A stretch of DNA of 57,013 nucleotides. It comes from a virus (taxonomy: Duplodnaviria; Heunggongvirae; Uroviricota; Caudoviricetes). Made by a program: the position numbers and the translations under genes. Of the stretch, positions 29,754 through 38,165 are shown one piece after another. The DNA lies in IMG/VR virus record IMGVR_UViG_3300037400_003188, positions 1 through 57,013 of that record, one strand, 5' to 3'. Within the stretch, counting starts at the first letter, position 1; each line of letters opens with the position of its first letter. The notes beneath the pieces are model-generated. The model searched no databases and was not told the origin of the DNA. It saw only the letters and a program-made list of their open reading frames with translations.

Positions 29754-30100
29754 TGAACCAGGATATCGTTACGTACCAGCATCTATTCACCAAAGATCTG
29801 AAGGATGCGTTTGATAATATAAAGGATGATTCTGTGAAGAGAATATATGCCGTAATGGAATTCAATACTGAGTTTGAATTAGGCCTTTCCTGTAAACCTT
29901 ATGAATGGGTTAACTCAAATACCTTCGTAACTCTTGATGGAGTAGAGGCGTTGCATAAGTATGTATTTAATACTAACCCAATGGTTGAGATTATTGACGC
30001 TAGTTCATTCGACGAACTAAATAAGAAGATGATCAAAATGGCTAATAACTTTAAAACCCCAGAATATGTAAATACTAAAATAGAATCGAGGTTCTATTGA
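29753..30100 (+). CDS. Hypothetical protein
   Basis: TAATG overlap; terminator downstream. Confidence 0.75.
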   Translation: MNQDIVTYQHLFTKDLKDAFDNIKDDSVKRIYAVMEFNTEFELGLSCKPYEWVNSNTFVTLDGVEALHKYVFNTNPMVEIIDASSFDELNKKMIKMANNFKTPEYVNTKIESRFY

Positions 30101-30301
30101 TTCTATTAATTAATTTTATCATATATTAAATACTTATTTGGAAGCACTGGCTCGTGAGAGTAGGTGCTTTTTTGTTATGTAATCCACGTAAAAAACATAA
30201 CATTATATCCCTAAAATTTTTATATATCAAATATTTTTTTATTTTTGGCCATATATAAATATACATATACTCAATTGAGTACCTATTTCATATACAGGCA
30301 T

Positions 30302-30531
30302 AAAAAAAGAATCGCACTTCACAATGCTTAATCTTATGTATTCAACTCCCTACACAGAGAGTAATTAGAGTCTGTTGCCAGAAAGAAATTACAACCCCTT
30401 TCAGAAGAGCACTACAGAAAGTCCTTTTTATTAAGGCAAGTAAATGAAACCATCCGCATGAGATTCTGTTACATCACCCGTTGTACCCTTAACATAAGTA
30501 ACCTGTCAGCACAGAAAAGTAACGATCCTTT
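30302..30531 (-). ncRNA. Candidate structured non-coding RNA (~230 nt)
   Basis: No ORF; minus-strand ends pair (AAAGGAUCGU/GCGAUUCUUU with G.U); CUCUCU-GUGU-AGGGAG hairpin; U tail. Confidence 0.5.
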
Positions 30532-30564
30532 ATTCTATATATAAATACAAATAAAATTCAAAAA

Positions 30565-30810
30565 CTATAAATAACTGTCATTACAAAAATAACTACCAGC
30601 ACAACAATTCCAAAAATAATTGTTCCGTCTATCATCATACTTCAACATATAACAACTATTACGAGATTCTAATATCTCAAAGGCTTCCTTATTATTATCA
30701 GGATCTAATATAAGTTCAACGGAATGCTTACTACCATCATAATCTTTATCCTGACTAAGGGTATAGCCATCCATTAATATATCATTTCGAAAATTTACAC
30801 TTTTACTCAT
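30565..30810 (-). CDS. Hypothetical protein
   Basis: Packed minus-strand run. Confidence 0.55.
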   Translation of the reverse strand: MSKSVNFRNDILMDGYTLSQDKDYDGSKHSVELILDPDNNKEAFEILESRNSCYMLKYDDRRNNYFWNCCAGSYFCNDSYL

Positions 30811-31070
30811 ATATCCCTGTCTTTAAGAACTACATGATCATTACTGTGGCTATCAGCAAAGTCAGACCATATTAACAGAGCACAGTCAATATCACCTTCT
30901 TTTAAATCGTCAGCATGTATATCATCATCTGCTATACGAGGAGATATTTTATACATCATCCCATCTACAATCTTACAACTGTTATCCATCATACTATCAT
31001 AACCACCACGCATGCTAAACGGGTATAACATACGGCCATGACTAATTGACCTACTTGCTAACTTATCCAT
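30807..31070 (-). CDS. Hypothetical acidic protein
   Basis: ATGA overlap. Confidence 0.55.
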   Translation of the reverse strand: MDKLASRSISHGRMLYPFSMRGGYDSMMDNSCKIVDGMMYKISPRIADDDIHADDLKEGDIDCALLIWSDFADSHSNDHVVLKDRDI

Positions 31071-31072
31071 AT

Positions 31073-31363
31073 CTATATCTCTACATATTCAGAAAATAAT
31101 ATAATCTCACTATCATTTAATGACTCACTCAACTCTTCATCCGCATCAATATGATCACTAACACTTAAATCGTTAGCCTCTAAATCATCATTATATAAAA
31201 CATCCTCAACCTCTCTATAATAATGCATTATCTTACCATCATGATACTTCATCCCAAGTTTCTTTACGTCATTGCAATCAAGAATACCACGACTTTCTAA
31301 CTGTAACTTACTAACCTTACGAATGTCAAATAAATAATCCATGTCTAACTCTATCTCTACCAT
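31073..31363 (-). CDS. Highly acidic hypothetical protein
   Basis: 26 D/E in 96 aa. Confidence 0.6.
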   Translation of the reverse strand: MVEIELDMDYLFDIRKVSKLQLESRGILDCNDVKKLGMKYHDGKIMHYYREVEDVLYNDDLEANDLSVSDHIDADEELSESLNDSEIILFSEYVEI

Positions 31364-31460
31364 TACCCATATATCAGGTAAATAATTATTTTTACCCTAC
31401 AATCCTAAATACTTATTATTCTCTAATTTAATAACATTATCAGGTAAAATCAGGCAATTT

Positions 31461-31685
31461 TTATATACACCTACAGGATATCAATTCATATTGAGTATCT
31501 TCCTGTATAGCACAACTCTCCTCATCCTCTTCGTCAATTATAACCATCACACTCTTGTCTTCATCACATAATAAATCACCATCACAAGTCTTATCTATAT
31601 TACTTATCATGTGTGATATCTCACCATCCATGTCCTTGTAATTACTAACACAAGTCTCAGTTATATAACTCTCTTTTATAAACAT
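31461..31685 (-). CDS. Highly acidic Cys-containing protein
   Basis: 20 D/E in 74 aa. Confidence 0.5.
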   Translation of the reverse strand: MFIKESYITETCVSNYKDMDGEISHMISNIDKTCDGDLLCDEDKSVMVIIDEEDEESCAIQEDTQYELISCRCI

Positions 31686-31804
31686 AATTGTTCCACGATC
31701 TTAAAATTTGATATGCTATTTTAGATTTTGCCTATAGGGAAATTTTTATTTTATCGGTTTTAATCTTAACGAGAGATCATTTTTGGGGTAAATTGTTCCA
31801 CGAT
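31686..31804 (+). repeat. 14-bp direct repeat AATTGTTCCACGAT
   Basis: Exact copies at 31686-31699 and 31791-31804. Confidence 0.8.
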
Positions 31805-31953
31805 ACGTCCCACATTGGTATGGGTTGTTGGCCATTTTTGAAAATTTTCTGAAAAATTTTTGGGAAAAATTATTGCCAAGTCGCAATCAAAACTGCAATT
31901 TTTCTGTGAAAAAACGCCAATATTATTAACGATTTCACATACCACCTATATTT

Positions 31954-32145
31954 TCAAAATACTTTTGCCCAATTTGCCTTTCCTTGTCGTTTAAATCCTA
32001 GAAATGAATACTCCGCATCGTGATCTTCTATGCAATCATGGTCTTTGAATTCTTGGGTAAAAAGCATCCCGTCACAATTTTTATTAAAGAAGCCAAGATC
32101 GGGTACTAAATATGTTCCTTGATATATATCGATTACGTTGTCCAT
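31954..32145 (-). CDS. Hypothetical protein
   Basis: TAATG overlap with the upstream gene. Confidence 0.6.
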   Translation of the reverse strand: MDNVIDIYQGTYLVPDLGFFNKNCDGMLFTQEFKDHDCIEDHDAEYSFLGFKRQGKANWAKVF

Positions 32146-32519
32146 TAAAATCCATATTTTTTTTTTAATTTTCTACAGGTTGCCTCACAAACCTTTATGC
32201 CTTGTTTTTTGGATAGTTCGCATATTTCGTGGATAGTATAGTTACTATTATTTAATAGGTTAATCGTATATTCATATTTATCATAGATTTTATCTCTTTT
32301 GCTTTTTGCTGATAATAGGTCTGTTACTATACCAGTTTCGTTATTGATTGTTATGTCACAAGCCTTACGGTACATATATCCGTCTTTGAATATTTGTTTA
32401 TTACCGTTAATAACTCGGTATATATCTCTATCTGGTGTAATATCGCTAACCTTATTATAAGTAGCAATGATTGACATAGAAGAAACGTTTATTTTATATA
32501 TTTTTTTATCTTTTGTCAT
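32145..32519 (-). CDS. Basic protein with possible C-terminal HTH
   Basis: YTIHEICELSKKQGIKVCEATCRKL resembles an HTH; ATG 32519 preferred. Confidence 0.6.
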   Translation of the reverse strand: MTKDKKIYKINVSSMSIIATYNKVSDITPDRDIYRVINGNKQIFKDGYMYRKACDITINNETGIVTDLLSAKSKRDKIYDKYEYTINLLNNSNYTIHEICELSKKQGIKVCEATCRKLKKKYGF

Positions 32520-32544
32520 ATTTATTCCGTCTCTTTCCAAAGAA

Positions 32545-32763
32545 TTAATTGACGATTTCATTGAAGGTTTCTCCACATTCGCAGTACCATTCTTTCATGC
32601 CGTTCATACACAGATTAGATGGCCTGGTACACTGAGCGCATAGTTTTTTCTTACACGCTTTCATGTGTCTTTTCAGTGGGCCGATGCCATATATTTGTCT
32701 ATTACAGAATGGGCAAAACTGCAATGCTTTATTTCCTTCTTCTCCTATAAGACTATTTTTCAT
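32545..32763 (-). CDS. Small Cys-rich Zn-finger-like protein
   Basis: CPFC, HxxxC, CAQC and CECG motifs. Confidence 0.6.
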   Translation of the reverse strand: MKNSLIGEEGNKALQFCPFCNRQIYGIGPLKRHMKACKKKLCAQCTRPSNLCMNGMKEWYCECGETFNEIVN

Positions 32764-32930
32764 ATTATATTTTCTTTAGTGGCTAACTCATAGCCATACA
32801 TTACCGCATTATAAATATCTCCTGGCGTAATTTCGAATTTATAATTACCTGTACTTCTATGGTATTCAAGTTCGTCAGCAAATTGTTTTTTTAATTCCTT
32901 TGCTTTTTGTTTTGCTTGTTCGATGTCCAT
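32760..32930 (-). CDS. Small protein (56 aa)
   Basis: MDIEQAKQ... ORF with ATGA overlap. Confidence 0.5.
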   Translation of the reverse strand: MDIEQAKQKAKELKKQFADELEYHRSTGNYKFEITPGDIYNAVMYGYELATKENII

Positions 32931-32953
32931 TTTCAATCTATTATTTGTTAATT

Positions 32954-33550
32954 TTAATCATCGCACTCTGCGTACCATCCTCTTTGTTCTATTTGTGCTT
33001 TTTGTACATATGCAAGTTCTTCGCTGTTAAGCATCAAATCGTTAAATAGTTGTTTTTCATATTTAGACCCAGAGCCATCGTGAATTCTCCAATAGTCCAT
33101 ATATAGTAAAGCAGAAGTATCTTGTTCTCCTAAATCGATGCTTGTAACAATAACATTGAAGTAATCAAAAAGACGCTTTCCTTCTGAGTCATCTAACAAT
33201 ACATTTCGGAATACAACATCCCATTTATGAGGCTGTGCTTTTGGATTACACGTTGCTTCAATTTGTGACATAAACTTATTTTTCAACTCTTCGTTGTGAA
33301 AGTTTACGGCGACATCAAAGTATTCCTCTGGCATATATCTGTGTGAGATATGCACGCCATCAATTTGATAAGGAGTACCATCTATATCAAGAGTCAATTT
33401 ATCCTTGATATCTGTTTGTTTGATGATAGGTTTAAATTGATCAGTTTTTTCTTCATTCTTTTTATTGAAAAAGTTACATAGTCTTTCTGCTGCAGAAAGG
33501 CGTGTTTCTAAATCTTGTGATAATTTATTTTCCATATTGTAATAATTCAA
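32954..33550 (-). CDS. Hypothetical protein
   Basis: Long ORF. Confidence 0.75.
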   Translation of the reverse strand: MNYYNMENKLSQDLETRLSAAERLCNFFNKKNEEKTDQFKPIIKQTDIKDKLTLDIDGTPYQIDGVHISHRYMPEEYFDVAVNFHNEELKNKFMSQIEATCNPKAQPHKWDVVFRNVLLDDSEGKRLFDYFNVIVTSIDLGEQDTSALLYMDYWRIHDGSGSKYEKQLFNDLMLNSEELAYVQKAQIEQRGWYAECDD

Positions 33551-33657
33551 TTATTTGCTGATTTTGCTTTTGTATTTTTATAGCAGTATCTAACAAGCCA
33601 AACAAAAATAATGATATAATAGCGAGTATAAATAACTTCAAAAAATCACTCATATTC

Positions 33658-33921
33658 TTATTCCTCCAATTTAGTTAAACCACCGCTGTATCCATTCTTA
33701 TAGAAAAGATACTTATTTCCTGTTTCTTTATCATAGATAATAGATATAACACCCAAATTAACATTTTGTGAATATGTAATTTGGAATCGTGCACGGCTGT
33801 TATCTATCGGATATTCTGTTCCATTTTTACGACAACCAGTAAATACCATTACCAATGCAAACAAAATTGCAATTATGCATGATATAAGAAAAATTTTTGC
33901 TATTGTAAAAATATCTTTCAT
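33658..33921 (-). CDS. Putative lipoprotein, DUF6440-like
   Basis: Signal peptide with FTGC lipobox; DKETG.KYL...GGLT motif. Confidence 0.6.
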   Translation of the reverse strand: MKDIFTIAKIFLISCIIAILFALVMVFTGCRKNGTEYPIDNSRARFQITYSQNVNLGVISIIYDKETGNKYLFYKNGYSGGLTKLEE

Positions 33922-34090
33922 AATATTTTATTTTTTAAATAATTCTTTCCATCTATTCCAGCACGCAACTGTTTGTTCTGTATTTAGAATAAACGGACAT
34001 TTTCCCCATCCAGACTTCCACATTAGGTCAGCAACGAGTCTTCCAAATTTTTGATTATTTGTCATAACATTAATAATTTAAATGAATGGT

Positions 34091-34294
34091 TTAGAATTCC
34101 ACTGTTATTTCCGTATTATCTTTATCTTTCCACAATATATTTTTCACTACAGCGTATTTGTCTATTCCTTTATCTCCATATCCAAGTGCTGTTAGTTCGA
34201 TTAAGTCGTCTTTTCTAGGAATGATGTTTACGTAATTCCAGTCCCAGAGGAATGTTCTTTCGCCCTTTATGTATATAATAAATGTTATTTTCAT
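34091..34294 (-). CDS. Hypothetical protein
   Basis: Packed ORF. Confidence 0.6.
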   Translation of the reverse strand: MKITFIIYIKGERTFLWDWNYVNIIPRKDDLIELTALGYGDKGIDKYAVVKNILWKDKDNTEITVEF

Positions 34295-34297
34295 GAT

Positions 34298-34543
34298 TTA
34301 TAATATTTCAAAATCTATTATTTTTGCAGCATCTTCACAATACATGGTTTCACAATCCATAGTGTTATCATTTTCTATTAGGTCAGTATGTGATATATCT
34401 TTATCGACCAATAGTAACCTATTTCCTGTCTGTCCGTCCCATTGTTTATTGTTGTCGATGTATAGGTAACTTTCTATTATTCTTTTTACGCCAGGCCCAA
34501 AATAGTAAGTGTATGTATTTTCTATTTTCATATTAGCACTCAT
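34298..34543 (-). CDS. Hypothetical protein
   Basis: Packed ORF. Confidence 0.6.
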   Translation of the reverse strand: MSANMKIENTYTYYFGPGVKRIIESYLYIDNNKQWDGQTGNRLLLVDKDISHTDLIENDNTMDCETMYCEDAAKIIDFEIL

Positions 34544-34763
34544 GTTGTTGGTTCAGTTTTATTGTTTATTTTTTACCAATTTTACTTTTTTACATTTAAT
34601 CTTCTTCAACATTCATACTTAATGATATATCTGATTTTACTAAATCCCAGAAAGATGGTTTATCACTATTATAGTAGTCTATATACCATTGACCGTCCGC
34701 GTGATCAAGATATCCTTTCGTAAGGTCCTTTATTTTTTCATCTGCATTAATGAAATCCATATT

Positions 34764-34997
34764 TTATAAAAATTTACCCCGTGTTATTTTGGTGCTTGAA
34801 TCAAGATCTCTATAAGAGTCGTCGTTGACTAGGAACCAGTGTGTTAAATCATTGTCCAGTAATTGTGGTATAGTTACTGTGCTTCCGTCGACCCATTTAT
34901 GTGTGTAAAGACATTTTTCTACAGCCACGACGTCGCTACCCCAGTTATCATTTACTTCTTGGATGCATGATTGTCCATCTTCTTCTATATTAGCCAT
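34764..34997 (-). CDS. Hypothetical protein
   Basis: Packed ORF. Confidence 0.6.
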   Translation of the reverse strand: MANIEEDGQSCIQEVNDNWGSDVVAVEKCLYTHKWVDGSTVTIPQLLDNDLTHWFLVNDDSYRDLDSSTKITRGKFL

Positions 34998-35051
34998 AGT
35001 TATTATTCTATTCTTGTAAACCAGGGAGATAATCAGTCTCCCCGATCCTAT

Positions 35052-36083
35052 TTACCCTTCTTTTGTTTCGTCTTTGCAGCCACAATCATCGTTATTGATT
35101 TCATTTGGATCAGCAAAATATACACCTAATGTTTTTACTATAGACAGTATTTGATCTGCAATGCTTTCGCCTATATTAAAATTCCTGCGTATATTGATAC
35201 TTTCTGTACAAGATTTTATGGCATATTTAGTGCGTTTCTCGTACAGGGAAACATTGACTGAATTATTATCAATAAATTCGAAGATCAGGGCAAATCCAAT
35301 GCCTTCTGTTTTATCTATACCTCCTTGTTCGGTGTCAACCACAAATCCATAAGTATCAACGACATTTGGTATTACTGTAATATACGATTTAGGCTCGTCT
35401 CTTAATCCTTTAACATTGCGATAACATCCGTCAGTAGTTTCTATGATATATTTAGAAACATTATTAATTATATTACCGACTCTTTCTTCAAAAATACTTT
35501 GTTCCAGATATGCAGGTGATATATGTATTTCTTTTGATAAGCAATAGTTATTACTGATATTACATATATTTAGTTTGTCAAAGTCTATTACCCAATTTTT
35601 TGCTTCTCCTCTGTCTATTATCTTTACTGGAATATAGTCTTTTGTTAGATCGGTTACATCGTATATATCATCATAGATACCTATTCTTTTGCAATATTTA
35701 GGGCCGTCGTGATGATATGCTGTAAATGTTCCCTTGTTTTTATCATAATTAACGGCAAATGAAGATAGACAGTTACCTGGGAACGTAGTATCATCTGATA
35801 CACCATCGAATAGGAACCATGAGATTGTATCGTTTACCTCATAGAAAGGTTTCGCGTCTTTTTCGCTGTATTTTTTATTTCCATAGCATCCTATTAGTGG
35901 GGTAAATCCATTGTTTAGAAAATGTTCAATAATTTTCTCTTCTGTAGTATACTTAAATCTACTGTCATAACTGTTAGTGTTTTCTTTCAGCCATGATGTT
36001 AGGCTGCGTCGTTTTAATTCAACAACAATGTTGTCATTAATGAGCCATTCTCTTGCTCCTGGTTTTTGAATTTTGTAACTCAT
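35052..36083 (-). CDS. Hypothetical protein (343 aa)
   Basis: Long ORF. Confidence 0.85.
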   Translation of the reverse strand: MSYKIQKPGAREWLINDNIVVELKRRSLTSWLKENTNSYDSRFKYTTEEKIIEHFLNNGFTPLIGCYGNKKYSEKDAKPFYEVNDTISWFLFDGVSDDTTFPGNCLSSFAVNYDKNKGTFTAYHHDGPKYCKRIGIYDDIYDVTDLTKDYIPVKIIDRGEAKNWVIDFDKLNICNISNNYCLSKEIHISPAYLEQSIFEERVGNIINNVSKYIIETTDGCYRNVKGLRDEPKSYITVIPNVVDTYGFVVDTEQGGIDKTEGIGFALIFEFIDNNSVNVSLYEKRTKYAIKSCTESINIRRNFNIGESIADQILSIVKTLGVYFADPNEINNDDCGCKDETKEG

Positions 36084-36175
36084 AATAATTTTGTAATGTT
36101 TATAGTTTTATATTATTTATATAGTTCTGCGTTACCTCTAACATTCGTTATGATTTGCGGTATTCATTTCCATAA

Positions 36176-36478
36176 TCAGAATCTACTTATAAGTTCATCA
36201 ATACAAATATAATAGAAGAACCCACATGCTATAATTGTTATAACTGATAGTATATCAATAACGATAGTCATAATTCTACATTCCATATCAACACCATATC
36301 TAGTATTTGTGAATTCATCTTTAGTCATAAAATATGTTCCTGTACAAATTAAAACTAATAGCAAAGTTACTACAAGCATTAATACTGAGATAACCCATGT
36401 TGGTAATAAACTAATATCAATTCCTCCTCCATAATAAGGGACAATTATTGGTGCTACTACTGCGGCTAAATTATTCAT
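36176..36478 (-). CDS. Membrane protein
   Basis: Hydrophobic helices. Confidence 0.7.
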   Translation of the reverse strand: MNNLAAVVAPIIVPYYGGGIDISLLPTWVISVLMLVVTLLLVLICTGTYFMTKDEFTNTRYGVDMECRIMTIVIDILSVITIIACGFFYYICIDELISRF

Positions 36479-36480
36479 AA

Positions 36481-36717
36481 TTATAAATGTATTTTATTTT
36501 GTTGGTTATCAAATCCTAATTCAGTTAATTTATCTTCGAGCCACATTACGTAGTCGGCCAACCATATTTCCAATCTACTATCTTTGCCATCTATCATTAC
36601 GGAATATTCGTAGGTTTCATCACACTCTTGTGTTCGTAGTCCTTCGAATTTTACTTCTCCGAGAGGTTGTAGTTTTAGACTCTCTTTTATATATTGTTCT
36701 ACGTATTTCATTCCCAC
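36481..36717 (-). CDS. Hypothetical protein
   Basis: Packed ORF. Confidence 0.65.
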   Translation of the reverse strand: MGMKYVEQYIKESLKLQPLGEVKFEGLRTQECDETYEYSVMIDGKDSRLEIWLADYVMWLEDKLTELGFDNQQNKIHL

Positions 36718-36782
36718 ACAAATTTTATAGTTTTAATATATTGTTTTTCTAAATATACAATTTTTTATTTTATTGGTTACGA

Positions 36783-37484
36783 TCATAACTTTAACTCCTC
36801 CTGTCCTACACAAAATACTATATCGCCAGTTAAATAATTTAGTGGCCAATCGCAACCAAAATGCCCGAAGTGATAAACCCTGTCACAAGGATTTACACGT
36901 GTATTCCATTTCTCTATCTTTCTCCAGTCATCTTGCTCCATAAAAGAGCCAGCAAATTTATCTTCTATTCTTTTTTCAAACTCTGCGTTGTTCACATTAT
37001 ACACTCGTGTGTCACTTTCGCACATAGAAGTATATATCTTAAGTGCATTTACACATTCATCAAGTGTTTTAAATACTGTTCCGTGTATGGTTTCATATTT
37101 CCTAACCTTGTACTCAAGATATTGTCTACCAGGAAAGTCTTCATAAGCACCAAGTATAATACGTTTCCCTCGACCAAGGTTTTCACCTAATTCAAATCGA
37201 GTTGTTTGTGCATATCCACGGCCTTCTACATGTTCTACCTCTTCTGGAATCCAGAATAGAATAATATTGGCAGCGCGTAATGCTTGTGTTTCCCATTCCA
37301 TTTGTTGTTTATGGGTTTCGTCGTTAAGAACTGCACCGTCATCTCTACGTGGGGATATCCAGACTACATTATCAAGGTCTGGTAATTGGTCTTGCCATTT
37401 TGGTGCTCCTTGTATTGGGCCAGCGAGGAATACTTTCCACTTATCATTGTGGCCGCTAAAATCATTTGGGCATTTAATTATCAT
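36783..37484 (-). CDS. Nucleoside 2-deoxyribosyltransferase-like protein fused to a degenerate metallophosphoesterase fragment
   Basis: KVFLAGPI...WQ...PRR...EWE...ILFW...TRFELG; C-terminal WNTRVNPCDRVYHFGHF. Confidence 0.75.
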   Translation of the reverse strand: MIIKCPNDFSGHNDKWKVFLAGPIQGAPKWQDQLPDLDNVVWISPRRDDGAVLNDETHKQQMEWETQALRAANIILFWIPEEVEHVEGRGYAQTTRFELGENLGRGKRIILGAYEDFPGRQYLEYKVRKYETIHGTVFKTLDECVNALKIYTSMCESDTRVYNVNNAEFEKRIEDKFAGSFMEQDDWRKIEKWNTRVNPCDRVYHFGHFGCDWPLNYLTGDIVFCVGQEELKL

Positions 37485-37489
37485 AATAT

Positions 37490-37705
37490 CTATATTTTTT
37501 GTACGTTTTTTCTATGTTTAAATGGGCTATTATCGTCAAATTCCTTTAAATCATTATAGTCCTGTTCATCTATATATCTAAGAAGATCTACTGGGAATAA
37601 ATCTATGTCTTCATAGTCTTCGTATTTGTAGTCTGCTTTTCCGTCAGCGAAAACTCGTTTTGAACCATCCCCTTTTTTTGTATGATTAAAAATATATGTT
37701 GGCAT
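37490..37705 (-). CDS. Hypothetical protein
   Basis: Packed ORF. Confidence 0.6.
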   Translation of the reverse strand: MPTYIFNHTKKGDGSKRVFADGKADYKYEDYEDIDLFPVDLLRYIDEQDYNDLKEFDDNSPFKHRKNVQKI

Positions 37706-37754
37706 ATTATATCAATTTATTTTCCATATCCCATTCAACGGTAATATACTTTCA

Positions 37755-38087
37755 TTATAATCTTTGATTTTTATTTTTATAGTGTGGGTCAATAAGTGAT
37801 GTATCTTCAATACTCCAACAGTATAAAAATGGGCGGAACAACGCGTCTTCATCGTATTGTAGAAGGTTATTAAGGAAGTCATCTCTCATTTTTATATCGG
37901 TAGTGGTTTCTGGTTGATGTTTGAAGTCCTCATCAGTATGTCTTTGTTCATTGTATGATGTTGTATAGTCATTACTTTCAATGAAGCCAAGATAACTTTC
38001 TATGCGGCCATCAAAATATTTACCAGTATCAAGATATGGTGTTTTAACTTTTTTATCTTCCACAACTTTCTCCATCACTATCCCCAA
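37755..38087 (-). CDS. Hypothetical acidic protein, paralog of the adjacent gene
   Basis: VKTPYL..xKYFDG motif shared. Confidence 0.65.
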   Translation of the reverse strand: MGIVMEKVVEDKKVKTPYLDTGKYFDGRIESYLGFIESNDYTTSYNEQRHTDEDFKHQPETTTDIKMRDDFLNNLLQYDEDALFRPFLYCWSIEDTSLIDPHYKNKNQRL

Positions 38088-38165
38088 ATATATACATTGT
38101 TTTATTTTCGTCTCTTCTTTTTAGGACATCAGTTGTTAATGTTGGATCAACTCTATAATTGTTTT

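Larger units (their letters stand above)
2041..30172 (+). terminator. Dispersed family of sequence-related intrinsic terminators
   Basis: GGT(A/G)GCACTGG-loop-(C/T)CGGTGCTA-Tn at ~2041, 5530, 6265, 7784, 8341, 12678, 21351, 27765, 30141. GCGACTGG...CTGGTCGC-Tn subfamily at ~14560, 15343, 18584. GTGAGGGCA...TCCTCA-Tn at ~2898, 3515. Confidence 0.85.
530..30256. repeat. Dispersed 45-bp bipartite intergenic element, about 20 copies in both orientations
   Basis: TATATGNCCTAAAATAA-N14-TATAAAAATTTTAG at ~530, 1349, 2093, 3556, 4777, 8404, 11138, 14609, 16422, 21400, 27814. Reverse complement at ~2933, 5569, 6308, 7827, 9591, 11205, 12718, 18621, 30211. Confidence 0.9.
7110..30281 (+). repeat. Dispersed palindromic motif TACTC-RAWT-GAGTA(CCTA), 8 copies
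   Basis: 7110, 13519, 17557, 19996, 23101, 25734, 29327, 30268; all intergenic. Confidence 0.85.

Noticed and set aside
500-30260. CRISPR array interpretation of the recurring intergenic repeats
   Set aside because: Repeats are ~0.5-2.5 kb apart, degenerate, separated by whole genes, and no cas genes are present.
31481-31500. Ninth copy of the TACTC/GAGTA palindrome
   Set aside because: Left arm is degenerate, spacing differs and it lies inside an ORF.
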